Part shown: in pieces, positions 18,720 to 27,831 of the stretch | Layout of the letters: each line of letters begins with the position of its first letter | Position numbering within the stretch: position 1 is the first letter of the stretch | Assembly: GCA_038327765.1 (NCBI GenBank) | Contig: JBBQLI010000004.1 | Coordinates: 1-57,435 of the forward strand | Direction: 5' to 3' | Source of the DNA: Candidatus Limnocylindrales bacterium | GTDB lineage: Bacteria; Chloroflexota; Limnocylindria; Limnocylindrales; CSP1-4 | Length of the DNA stretch: 57,435 bases | Program-made: the position numbers and the translations under genes | Notes under the pieces: generated by a model | What the model was told of the DNA's origin: nothing | What the model saw: only the letters and a program-made list of their open reading frames with translations | The model's database searches: none

Positions 18720-19889
18720 ATGCTCCGCATCATCCACACGGCTGACGTCCACCTCGGCGCTCGACACGACGACCTCGGCGACCAGGCTGCAGCGCAGCGC
18801 GAGCGCCAGTTCGCCGCCTTCAAGGCGACCATCGACCTCGCGCTCTCCGAAAAGGTGGACCTGGTCCTCATCGCCGGCGACCTCTTCGACTCCAACGTCC
18901 AGCCGCGCCGGTCGGTCGACCGCGTCGCCGTGGAGCTGCGTCGACTCGCCGAGGCGCGCGTCCGAACGGTCATCATCCCGGGCACCCACGACGTGTACGA
19001 CCGCGCCTCCATCTACCGTGCTTACGACCTCAAGGCACTGGCGGGCAGCACGGCCACCGACGACCTGGTCACGGTCCTGACGCCTGACCACGCAGCGGTC
19101 CACCTGACCGCGATCGACGCCACGGTCCACGGCCTGGTCTTCGCCACGAAACGAGCCCCGAACAGCCCCTTCGAGGGGTTCGACGTGACGACCACTGGGG
19201 CCGGTGCCACGTGGCAGATCGGCCTGATCCACGGTTCGATCAGCATCCCGGGCAAGACGGACCGCGACGCCGTCGTCATCACGACCGACGAGATCGCGGC
19301 CAGCAAGCTCGATTACCTCGCCCTCGGCCATTGGCACTCCGCCCAGCAGGGCCGCGCTGGGACCGTGACGTACGCGTATGCGGGCGCGCCAGAGGCGGTC
19401 GCGCTCGATCAGGACCGGGCCGGCAAGGTGCTCGTCGTCGAATGCGATCTGGCCAACGGCAAGCGGACGGTCACCGTCACGGAGCGCCAGGTCGGGCGTA
19501 CCCGCTTCGAACGCGTCCAGATCGATGCTGCCACCGTCGTCAGCCAGCCCGTGCTGATCACCAGCCTGGCTCGGCGCGCCGATCCTGACCTTGTCCTCGA
19601 CGCCCGCCTGGTCGGCGTACGACCCGATGAGCTCGATCTCGACGTGGACGAGGTGGAGACCGCATTGGCCGGCTCGTTCCTCAAGGTGCGCATCCGCGAC
19701 GGGTCGACGCCGGCCTTGACCGAGGGGATCCTCCCGTCGGCCGAGACGGTCGTCGGGTCATTCCTGCGGACGATGCAGGCACGCATCGCCGAGGCTGACA
19801 CGACCGGTGACGCGGCGGCGGCCGCCGAACTTCGCGATGCGCTGCGGCTCGGCCGGTTGCTTCTCGCCGGCCACGAGGTCTCGCTGTGA
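18720..19889 (+). CDS. sbcD: SbcD/Mre11-family DNA exonuclease
   Basis: HTADVHLG, IAGDLFD, PGTHD, HG, DYLALGHWH. Confidence 0.9.
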   Translation: MLRIIHTADVHLGARHDDLGDQAAAQRERQFAAFKATIDLALSEKVDLVLIAGDLFDSNVQPRRSVDRVAVELRRLAEARVRTVIIPGTHDVYDRASIYRAYDLKALAGSTATDDLVTVLTPDHAAVHLTAIDATVHGLVFATKRAPNSPFEGFDVTTTGAGATWQIGLIHGSISIPGKTDRDAVVITTDEIAASKLDYLALGHWHSAQQGRAGTVTYAYAGAPEAVALDQDRAGKVLVVECDLANGKRTVTVTERQVGRTRFERVQIDAATVVSQPVLITSLARRADPDLVLDARLVGVRPDELDLDVDEVETALAGSFLKVRIRDGSTPALTEGILPSAETVVGSFLRTMQARIAEADTTGDAAAAAELRDALRLGRLLLAGHEVSL

Positions 19890-22066
19890 GGATCCGGACA
19901 CTCCGCCTGCGAGACTTCCGCCGCTACCGCGACCTGCGCGTCGAATTCGCGCCCGGTCTCACCATCGTCCGCGGCCCGAACGAGGCCGGCCAGTCGACCA
20001 TCCAGCGCGGCATCGAGCTCGCGATCACGCGTCGGGTCACCAGCGCCGCCAGCGACCTCGAGTCGCTCCGCCCATGGGACGCGCCCGCCGACGCCCGCTC
20101 GATCATCGACCTCGAATTCGACCAGGACGAGGAGGACGGGCGCAAGACCGGTACGGTCGAGAAGACGTTCGCGGGCTCGAAGGGCACGGTCCAGCTCGAC
20201 TACGACGGGCAGAGCGTCACCGACCCTGCGCTTGCCGACCAGATCCTGGCCGAGCTGACCGGCATCCCGTCCGAGGCGTTCTTCCGGTCGACGGCCTCGG
20301 TCCGCCACCAGGAGCTGGCCGACCTTGCCCGCGATGAGTCGGCTCTGCGCGACCGCCTCCAGGCATCGATCAGTGGCGCCGACCGTGGCACGAGCGTCGC
20401 CAAGAAGAAGCTCGAGAAGGCCCTCCACGACCTGACGACCAAGGGCGAGAAGAACCCAGGCCGACTCAAGGTGGCCGAGACGGCCGTGGCCCAGGCGGCC
20501 GCCGCGCTCGACCAGGGCGAGTCGGCATTGACGCAGCTCGGCAACGACCGGGACGCGCTGTCGAGCGCGCTCGACCGTCGCGGGCAGGCGGAGATCTCGC
20601 TCACCGAACGTCAGGCGATGCTCGAAAAGGCCCGCCAGGCCGAGCGGCTCACCGTCGAACGGGACACGGCCCAGGAACGCTATGACCGCTTCCGCCAGGC
20701 CGTCGAGGTCAACGACGAACGGACCAAGCTGGCCGCCGAGCATCCATCGCCGCATCCGCTCCCCGTGATCCGCGCGACGGTCGAGCGACTGCGTCAGCTC
20801 CAGTCGCGCGAGCGGGAACTGCGCGCCATGCTCGCCGGCGACCAAACCGTCTCGTTCGAGGTGGCACCAGAGCCGACGTGGCGTCCGCTGTCGCGCTTGG
20901 GCGTCGTGCTCGTGATCGTGGGGCTGCTCGTGGCCGGCGGCTCGTTCGCCCTCGAGACCCTCAAGATCGTCGACCTCGGCATCGTGCCGCGCCTGCTCGG
21001 CGGTGTCGTCGGTGCGATCGGCGTGATCCTGGCTGCGGTCGCCCTGTGGCTGCGCCGAAGCTATTCGATGGGAACCCAGATGCGCGACGTCGAGATCGAT
21101 CGTCGCCTGCGCGGCCGGTCGGAAATCGAGGCGGAGCTCGCCAGCGTCGAAGCCGAGACGACCAAGCGACTCGGCCAACTCAGCCTCGACGATCTCCCCG
21201 CGGCGGAAGCGCTCCTGACGAAGGAGGAGGCCCACGTCGCGGCACTGGCAACGCTCACCGCACGGCTCGAAGGGCTTGTCGGCAAGGAACCCGCGGAGAC
21301 GCTGGCGAGCCAGCGCGATACGGCGGCGCTCGACGTCGCCCAGCGCACCAGCGCGCTCGATGCGCTCGGACCGATCGCCAAGGAGCCACGCGCTCGCGAA
21401 CGCCTTGAGGTGGAGGTGCGCGATCAGGGATCTGCCCTGGAACGCGCTCGCGACGACGAATCGAACGCCCGGGCGCGGGTCGAGGCGAACGTCGTGGACG
21501 CCGAGCAGGTCGCCGGTCAGGCCGAGCGGCTCGCCACGTGGCGAGAGCAGCTTGACGCGCTCCAGCGCCGCAACCGCGTCTACGAGACCACCCTGCGTGC
21601 GATCGAGGAGGCCGAGAAGGCGACGATGCGCACGGCGACCCGCTATCTCGAACGCCGGATGCTCATCGATCTCGGCTCAGCGACGGCCGGCCGCTACCGC
21701 TACGTCCGAGTCGACGACAAGACGCTCGACATCGAGGTTCGCGCCCCCGAGAAGAAGGACTGGGTCAAGGTCAGCGCCCTGAGTCAGGGCACGCTCGACC
21801 TCGTCTATCTCACGGCCCGGCTCGGCCTCGTCCGGCTGGTGACGGGCGATCGTCGTCCGCCGCTCATCTTCGACGACCCGTTCGTGACCCTCGACGATGC
21901 CCGTGCCGGCCGCGCGCTGGACCTGCTCAAGGGCATCACGACGGACTTCCAGGTGATCTACCTGACCACGTCCGAGCGCTATGACGGCGCCGCCGACAAG
22001 GTCGTCGTCCTGCCCGGTCCCACCGCGGTCGATGACGCGGCGGCGCCGGTCGAGACCGGCTCCTGA
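19886..22066 (+). CDS. SbcC/YhaN-like coiled-coil ABC ATPase with internal TM hairpin
   Basis: LRDFRRY, Walker A GPNEAGQST, long coiled coils, two hydrophobic helices mid-protein, LSQGT signature, LIFDDPF Walker B. Confidence 0.88.
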   Translation: MRIRTLRLRDFRRYRDLRVEFAPGLTIVRGPNEAGQSTIQRGIELAITRRVTSAASDLESLRPWDAPADARSIIDLEFDQDEEDGRKTGTVEKTFAGSKGTVQLDYDGQSVTDPALADQILAELTGIPSEAFFRSTASVRHQELADLARDESALRDRLQASISGADRGTSVAKKKLEKALHDLTTKGEKNPGRLKVAETAVAQAAAALDQGESALTQLGNDRDALSSALDRRGQAEISLTERQAMLEKARQAERLTVERDTAQERYDRFRQAVEVNDERTKLAAEHPSPHPLPVIRATVERLRQLQSRERELRAMLAGDQTVSFEVAPEPTWRPLSRLGVVLVIVGLLVAGGSFALETLKIVDLGIVPRLLGGVVGAIGVILAAVALWLRRSYSMGTQMRDVEIDRRLRGRSEIEAELASVEAETTKRLGQLSLDDLPAAEALLTKEEAHVAALATLTARLEGLVGKEPAETLASQRDTAALDVAQRTSALDALGPIAKEPRARERLEVEVRDQGSALERARDDESNARARVEANVVDAEQVAGQAERLATWREQLDALQRRNRVYETTLRAIEEAEKATMRTATRYLERRMLIDLGSATAGRYRYVRVDDKTLDIEVRAPEKKDWVKVSALSQGTLDLVYLTARLGLVRLVTGDRRPPLIFDDPFVTLDDARAGRALDLLKGITTDFQVIYLTTSERYDGAADKVVVLPGPTAVDDAAAPVETGS

Positions 22067-22920
22067 TCGGGTTCGACCCCGGACTCGCCACCGTCGTACT
22101 GGGCCTGATCTCCGCCGTCGCGTGGGGAGCCGGGGATTTCGGCGGAGGGCTCACCAGCCGACGGACGTCGATGTTCGGCGTCGTGCTGATGTCGCAGGTG
22201 ACCGGGATGGTGCTGGCGGCCGCGTTCGCCATCATCCGCGGTGAGGGCTTCCCGGGTCCCACGGACATCGGCCTTTCGGTGCTGGCAGGGATCCTCGGCG
22301 GCATCGGGATCAGCGCCCTCTATCGCGGGCTCGCGGTCGGCAAGATGGGCATCGTCGCCCCGATCACCGGCATCCTCGCCGCCGTGATCCCTGTCATCGC
22401 CGGCATCGTCTTCGAGGGCTGGCCAACGGTCCCGGTACTGGTCGGCATCGCGTTCGCCCTGGTCGCAGTGATCCTTGTCTCGAGGGTCCCGGACGAGCGC
22501 GGCGGTCGCTCCGGTCTTGGTCTGGCGCTGCTGGCCGGGACGACCATCGGGCTGTTCGGCGTCGTGATGTCGCGGGTGACCGACGGCCACGTCTTCGTGC
22601 CGCTGGTGATCCTGCGCGCCACCGAAGGGGTCCTGCTTGGCGCGATCATCCTCCTGACCCGCGATCAGTGGCGGCCGCCGCGGCGGCTCGTCCCCGCGAT
22701 CCTTGGGGTGGGACTTCTGGACATGACCGGGAATGCGACGTACATCCTGGCCATCCAGACCGGGGCGCTGGCCGTGGCGTCGGTCCTCTCGGCGCTCTAC
22801 CCGATCACCACGGTCATCCTGGCAGCGGTCTTCCTGAAGGAGCGCCTCGCCCGGTCGCACGCGATCGGGATCGTGCTCGCGGGCGCGGCCATCGCGCTCA
22901 TCGCGGCAGGTTCCGCCTGA
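22063..22920 (+). CDS. DMT/EamA family transporter (probable non-AUG start)
   Basis: EamA motifs (VAPIT, LYPITTVILAAVFLKERL). The family-like N-terminus LGLISAVAWGAGDFGGGLTSRR lies upstream of the first ATG (22171), so the start is uncertain. Confidence 0.85.
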   Translation: MIGFDPGLATVVLGLISAVAWGAGDFGGGLTSRRTSMFGVVLMSQVTGMVLAAAFAIIRGEGFPGPTDIGLSVLAGILGGIGISALYRGLAVGKMGIVAPITGILAAVIPVIAGIVFEGWPTVPVLVGIAFALVAVILVSRVPDERGGRSGLGLALLAGTTIGLFGVVMSRVTDGHVFVPLVILRATEGVLLGAIILLTRDQWRPPRRLVPAILGVGLLDMTGNATYILAIQTGALAVASVLSALYPITTVILAAVFLKERLARSHAIGIVLAGAAIALIAAGSA

Positions 22921-22962
22921 GGTAGGCTGAGCCGCCACTTACCATCGAACCCGGAGCGCCCC

Positions 22963-23283
22963 ATGACCCAGATCCCCGCCGAGGTCAGCGTCGAGTCGCT
23001 CTGGCTGGTCGAAGCGACCTATGCGCCCGACGGCGCCGAGACCCGGACCCCGTTCCGGCCGGAGCACCTGGCCGCCGCGGCGCGCCGCATCGCCGAGGGC
23101 ATCTACGTGGAGGTCGGGGCGTACGCAGACGTGTCGGCGTCGATCATCTTCGTGCGGGCGGAGAGCGAAGCAGCGGCGCTTGCGATCGTCGGCGACGACG
23201 TCTATCTCCGCAACGGCGTCTGGGTGGAACTCCGGGCCAAGGCGTTCGGGCGAGTGGTCACGCAGGCCGTCGAACGACCCTGA
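22963..23283 (+). CDS. YciI-family protein
   Basis: RTPFRPEHL, G..., DDVYLRNGVW pattern; 106 aa. Confidence 0.75.
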   Translation: MTQIPAEVSVESLWLVEATYAPDGAETRTPFRPEHLAAAARRIAEGIYVEVGAYADVSASIIFVRAESEAAALAIVGDDVYLRNGVWVELRAKAFGRVVTQAVERP

Positions 23284-23803
23284 CGGCATCGATCACGACC
23301 GGATCGGAGAGGACGACGACCGGGTCGAAGCCTTCGGCCACGAGCATCCGCGTGGGGTCGGCCGGATCGAGGAGCGCCCGCAGACGACGGAGATGCTCGT
23401 CGACGACCTCGGCCGGGACCACCCGCCCCACCCGTGCCGCGTTACGTGCCTGGACGACGGCCGCAGGCAGGTCGAACACGATCGCGACCGCAGCGATATC
23501 GGCGTCCCTCGCCCGGCTCATCAGCACGCGGCGCGCATGGGGCGTCAGGTTCGTGGCATCCACCACGGTCAGCCGGCAAGCCGCCAACCGACGCGCCAGT
23601 TCGTTGTGCAGCCGCCGGAACGCGAGCCCGGATGCGCGCTGGTCGGCGGCATCGCCGGCGATGGCGAGGCGGAACCCGTCCGAGGACAGGATCTCGTCCG
23701 GGCTGGCATGGCACGCCGCGAACGTGGACTTTCCCGCGCCGGCCGGCCCGATCAGGACGACCATGCTTGGGTCCGGGACGACGATCTCGTGCATCTCGTG
23801 CAT
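23258..23803 (-). CDS. Stand-alone P-loop kinase resembling the kinase domain of bacterial Pnkp (AAA_33)
   Basis: VVLIGPAGAGKSTFA, ILSSD, DQ..S..AF, LTVVDATN, RN..R. Confidence 0.85.
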   Translation of the reverse strand: MHEMHEIVVPDPSMVVLIGPAGAGKSTFAACHASPDEILSSDGFRLAIAGDAADQRASGLAFRRLHNELARRLAACRLTVVDATNLTPHARRVLMSRARDADIAAVAIVFDLPAAVVQARNAARVGRVVPAEVVDEHLRRLRALLDPADPTRMLVAEGFDPVVVLSDPVVIDAVRVVRRPA

Positions 23804-23850
23804 CTCGCGATGATGCGTCCGTGGCGCCACCTCGTGCGAAGGGTCCGGTG

Positions 23851-25272
23851 ATGCCCGCCCGACCCGCCATCGTCTGGTTCCGCCGGGACCTGCGCCTGCA
23901 CGACCATCCGGCACTCGCGGCGGCGCTCGCCGCGCACGAGGTGGTGGTCCCGCTGTTCGTGCTGGATCCGCGCTTGATCGGCGGGCGGTTCTCGAGCGCC
24001 AACCGGACGTGGTTCCTGCTCGAGTCGGTGCGCGCGCTAGGGGACGGGCTGCATCGCCTCGGGACGGAGCTGGTGGTGCGTGTCGGGGATCCGCGCGTGG
24101 TGGTGCCCGAGCTGGCCGCGTCGATCGGCTCCCAGGATGTCTTCATCTCGCGTGATCACGCGCCATACGGGCGGGCCCGCGACGTCGGGGTCGCGGAGCG
24201 GCTGGCGGCAGGTGGCGCCCGGTTCCATCCGCTCCGAGGGGTGCTCGTCCACGAGCCCGAGGATGTCGCGACGGGTGAGGGACGGCCGTACAGCGTCTAT
24301 GCACCATTTCGGCGGGCATGGGAGACGCGGCCACGACGGACCGTGCTGCCGCCACCAACACGCCTCGTGCCACATGCGGTCCCGGCCGGCTCGATCCCGA
24401 CGCTGGCCTCCCTGGGGTTGGGCGATGGACCCACGGCTGGACCCGGGCTGCTCCCGACGCCTGGCGAGCCAGCCGCTCGAGCGCGCCTGGCCCGCTGGCT
24501 GGACGACGGGATCGCCGGCTATGCCGCGAACCGCGACCGGCCGGATCTCGGTGCCGGTACCTCGCGGCTGTCGGCCGACCTGCACCTGGGCCTCCTCTCG
24601 CCGCTGGAGGTCGTGGAGCGCAGCGTCGGACCCGGCGAGGGCCGCCGGGTCTTCGTCAACGAACTGGTCTGGCGGGAGTTCTACGCGCACGTCCTGTTCC
24701 ATCGGCCGGACGTACGGAGGCGTGCCTTCCAGCCGGCGTTCCAGGCGATCGCGTGGTCGACGGATCCCGTCGCCTTCGATGCCTGGCGCGATGGACGGAC
24801 CGGCTACCCCATCGTGGATGCGGCGATGCGCCAGCTGGCGGGATCGGGCTGGATGCACAATCGGGCGCGGATGATCGTCGCCTCGTTCCTGACCAAGGAC
24901 CTGCTCCAGGACTGGCGGGCCGGCGAGGCGCACTTCATGTGCCACCTCGTCGACGGCGACGTCGCGTCGAACAACGGCGGTTGGCAGTGGGCGGCCTCGA
25001 CGGGGACGGATCCGCAGCCGTATTTCCGGATCTTCAACCCCGTCACCCAGGGGCGCCGCTTCGACCCCGATGGCACCTACGTCCGGCGCTGGCTGCCCGA
25101 GCTGGCACGCGTGCCTGTCAAGCGCATCCACGCGCCGTGGGAGATGGCGGCCGACGAGCAGACGGCGTCAGGCTGCGTGATCGGCAGGGACTACCCAGGG
25201 CCGATCGTCGACCACGCAACGGCGCGCCTTCGGGCGCTCGCCGCCTATGAGACCGCTCGTCGAACCTCGTAG
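23851..25272 (+). CDS. phrB: Deoxyribodipyrimidine photolyase
   Basis: WFRRDLRLHDHPAL, TSRLS, ELVWREF, GRTGYPIVDAAMRQL, WMHNRARM, NNGGWQW, YFRIFNP. An alternative GTG start lies at 23821. Confidence 0.95.
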   Translation: MPARPAIVWFRRDLRLHDHPALAAALAAHEVVVPLFVLDPRLIGGRFSSANRTWFLLESVRALGDGLHRLGTELVVRVGDPRVVVPELAASIGSQDVFISRDHAPYGRARDVGVAERLAAGGARFHPLRGVLVHEPEDVATGEGRPYSVYAPFRRAWETRPRRTVLPPPTRLVPHAVPAGSIPTLASLGLGDGPTAGPGLLPTPGEPAARARLARWLDDGIAGYAANRDRPDLGAGTSRLSADLHLGLLSPLEVVERSVGPGEGRRVFVNELVWREFYAHVLFHRPDVRRRAFQPAFQAIAWSTDPVAFDAWRDGRTGYPIVDAAMRQLAGSGWMHNRARMIVASFLTKDLLQDWRAGEAHFMCHLVDGDVASNNGGWQWAASTGTDPQPYFRIFNPVTQGRRFDPDGTYVRRWLPELARVPVKRIHAPWEMAADEQTASGCVIGRDYPGPIVDHATARLRALAAYETARRTS

Positions 25273-26114
25273 CCACCGCCGTCGACCGCGCGGATCTCGT
25301 ACGCGGGCTGGTCGTAGACCGACGGGCCGCGAACCACGTGGCCGTCGGTGAGCCGATAGCGGGCGCCGTGATACGGGCACTGGAGACAGCCGTCGACCAC
25401 GGTGCCCTTCTCGAGCGGACCGCCGGCATGGGCGCAGACGGCGTGCATCGCGTGGACCGTGTCGCCGACACGGACAAGGACAAGGTCGTTGATGCCCGCC
25501 CTGGCCTTGGTCGGGGTGGCCTCCGGGAGCGCCGCGAGATCCGTGACCGACCCAAGATCCAGCGCGATCCACTTCGTGCCGGCGCCGCGGAAGGCGTGAC
25601 GGCTGACCATGTTGCCGAGCAGGTAGACCACGTCGCCGCCGACGAAGGCGCCCGCGCCGACCAGCACGAACGCCACGATGTCGAGGGTGATCGGGATGGT
25701 TCGGTCGGTGGGCGCAGCGGCCCGCATCGCCAGCGAGGCCAGCAGCACGAGCAGGGCCAGCGTCATCACGGTCCCGTGGAGGGTCGCACGCGTGCGGGCG
25801 GTGCCGTCGGTGACGGAGTAGTCGGCCAGTCCAGACACTGCGGCCAGCAGCATCGTGAGCACGGTCAGGACGAGCGCGATGTCGGCGGCCGCCGGTTGTC
25901 CGACAAGGTCGAGGACGACGGCCCCGAGCAGCAACCCGATAGGCAGGTCGGTGGTGGCCGCATGGAGCGGGTGCCCAAGCCATCGACCATGGAGCAGGTC
26001 GGTGACCGGCCCCAGGCGTCCGAAGAGGGCCGCGGTCCAGCGGTGATTGAACTCGCCGAAGGGTTTTGCCCAGCCGTCGTTCATCGCAACGAGGCGGGCG
26101 ATCAGTCGTGCCAT
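25245..26114 (-). CDS. Membrane (DUF2231-like) domain fused to a Rieske [2Fe-2S] domain
   Basis: WLGHPLHAATTDLPIG TM region; CAHAGGPL and CPYHGARY Rieske motifs; GGAGGT RBS. Confidence 0.9.
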   Translation of the reverse strand: MARLIARLVAMNDGWAKPFGEFNHRWTAALFGRLGPVTDLLHGRWLGHPLHAATTDLPIGLLLGAVVLDLVGQPAAADIALVLTVLTMLLAAVSGLADYSVTDGTARTRATLHGTVMTLALLVLLASLAMRAAAPTDRTIPITLDIVAFVLVGAGAFVGGDVVYLLGNMVSRHAFRGAGTKWIALDLGSVTDLAALPEATPTKARAGINDLVLVRVGDTVHAMHAVCAHAGGPLEKGTVVDGCLQCPYHGARYRLTDGHVVRGPSVYDQPAYEIRAVDGGGYEVRRAVS

Positions 26115-26133
26115 TCCGATACCTCCGCGACGA

Positions 26134-26208
26134 GTATCCACAACTCGTCCACAACGTAGAAGACTTCGGGGATAACGTCGCAGCGGTTTCACCCAAGTTC
26201 GTGGATAA
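26134..26208. promoter_or_regulatory. Cluster of four DnaA-box-like 9-mers
   Basis: GTATCCACA (26134) and TCGTCCACA (26145) on +; TTATCCCCG (26167-26175) and TTATCCACG (26200-26208) on -; consensus TTATCCACA. Confidence 0.5.
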
Positions 26209-26213
26209 GGCCG

Positions 26214-26243
26214 TTGTGGCCCGGATGCACCAGGACGTACATT
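26214..26243 (+). promoter_or_regulatory. Sigma70-type promoter for the candidate 6S RNA
   Basis: TTGTGG-N18-TACATT, ending 7 nt before 26251. Confidence 0.55.
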
Positions 26244-26250
26244 TCGTCTT

Positions 26251-26431
26251 GCCCGAAGGGGCAGGCAAGAACCGCCAGACCGGACCGGGGAGTGATCCAC
26301 GGACCGGCCCCGGGAACCAGGTTCGAGGGCCGCAAGGCCAGCGAGCGAGGGACCCGGCGGCGACCGAAGACTCCGGACTTGTTCGGAGCCAGCGGCCCGA
26401 CGAACGGTTGGTTCCTCCAGTTCCTTCGGGC
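26251..26431 (+). ncRNA. ssrS: Candidate 6S RNA
   Basis: 181-nt rod folded by hand: closing stem GCCCGAAGGGG/TTCCTTCGGGC, then GAACC/GGTTC and CGGACCG/CGGCCCG, a central bubble with a 3' hairpin (26371-26388), an irregular upper stem and a GGCC-GCAA-GGCC apex; has its own promoter. Confidence 0.65.
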
Positions 26432-26592
26432 GCTTTCGTGTGTCCGGGACGTTCCGTGGGGGCGGCGACGAAGCGCCCGCCGGGTCCCCCAGCCACCGGC
26501 GGTCCCGCTTGCGGGCGGTCCCAGGCTCCAGCTTAACGGACCCTGTGGGAGCCGCCGCTCCGCAACCTTCGTCGAGGCTCTACGATCGTCGG

Positions 26593-27831
26593 ATGGTGAC
26601 GACCTCCACGACAGCGAAGACCCAGGACTGGCGCGTCCTGGTCGCGGTGTTCTGGGTCACGTCGATGGTCGAGGGGCTCGGGGTCAGCCAGATCTTTGCC
26701 GAGCTCCCGACGTATCTGCGCCAGATGGGCGTCGTCGGCGAGGACCGGCTGGTCTTCATCGGGATCTTCAGCGCGCTGATCTTCGTGGTCGGGATGCCGC
26801 TGGTCCCGTTGTGGGGTGTCTGGGCGGACAAATACAGCCGCAAGGCCGTGATCGTCCGAAGCGCCCTGGTCGAGGCCGTCGTGTTCGCGTGCGTCGCGCT
26901 CTCGCGCGAACCGTGGCAGCTGGCCCTCTCGCTGCTGCTGATCGGGTTCCAGCTCGGGAACACGGGCGTGATGCTGGCGGGCATCCGTGACGTGACGCCG
27001 CGTCGCCGCCTCGGCACGGTCATCGGCCTGTTCGGGGCATCGGGGCCGATCGGATTCGCGCTGGGGCCGGCGCTGGCCGGGGTCCTCATCGACGGCTTCC
27101 ACACCTCGCTCCCGACCGTGTTCTGGATCTCGGCTGGGCTTTCGGTCGGCACAGCGGCCCTCGTGACCTTCGGATCGCGCGAGGTCCGACCCGAGGTCAT
27201 CCCCACCGGGCGGACCCTCGCCCTCGCCTTCGGCGCGATGCGGGGCGTCCTCCGCGACGTCGCCGTTCGACGCATCTTCCTGATCTTCTCGATCGCCTAT
27301 CTGGCGACGCAGATGACCCGTCCCTACATCCCGGTGCTCGTGGAGGAGATCACGGGGAGCGGCGTCGGTCTGGCGTCCGGGATCGCCCTCGTGGCCGGTG
27401 TCGCGGCCCTCGTCGGCGGGGTGGTGTCACCGCTGGGCGGAGTCATCGGCGACCGCATCGGCTTCCGGCCTGTCCTGATCTCGGCCCTCATCGGCGCCGG
27501 AGTCGTGACGATCCTGATGCCGCTGACCGCGTCACTCGCCTTGCTCGCGCTTCTCGCGGTGGTGCTCGGCGCATCCTCGGCGACTGTCTCGGCGATGGTC
27601 TTCGGACTCCTCGCCTCGGAGGTCCCGGCTGACCGGCGCTCGCAGACGCTCAACCTGGTCTATCTGCCGCTCTATGCCGCGGGCATCCTCGGGCCGATCG
27701 CGGGCGCCGGATTGAGTCAGGCCGGTGGCGTGACAGCTCCCTTCCTGGTCGGTGGCGTCTTCGTCATCGTTGGCGCCATCGCGATCGCGCTCCGTGGTCG
27801 AGGGTCGCTTGCGCCCGTCCCGGCAGCCTAG
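26593..27831 (+). CDS. MFS transporter (DHA1-like)
   Basis: PLWGVWADKYSRK and GDRIGFR motif A copies; about 12 TM; TACGAT 6 nt before the ATG. Confidence 0.9.
   Translation: MVTTSTTAKTQDWRVLVAVFWVTSMVEGLGVSQIFAELPTYLRQMGVVGEDRLVFIGIFSALIFVVGMPLVPLWGVWADKYSRKAVIVRSALVEAVVFACVALSREPWQLALSLLLIGFQLGNTGVMLAGIRDVTPRRRLGTVIGLFGASGPIGFALGPALAGVLIDGFHTSLPTVFWISAGLSVGTAALVTFGSREVRPEVIPTGRTLALAFGAMRGVLRDVAVRRIFLIFSIAYLATQMTRPYIPVLVEEITGSGVGLASGIALVAGVAALVGGVVSPLGGVIGDRIGFRPVLISALIGAGVVTILMPLTASLALLALLAVVLGASSATVSAMVFGLLASEVPADRRSQTLNLVYLPLYAAGILGPIAGAGLSQAGGVTAPFLVGGVFVIVGAIAIALRGRGSLAPVPAA

Noticed and set aside
26134-26250. oriC
   Set aside because: Only four imperfect boxes, no AT-rich unwinding element, and no dnaA/dnaN or other origin-linked genes nearby.
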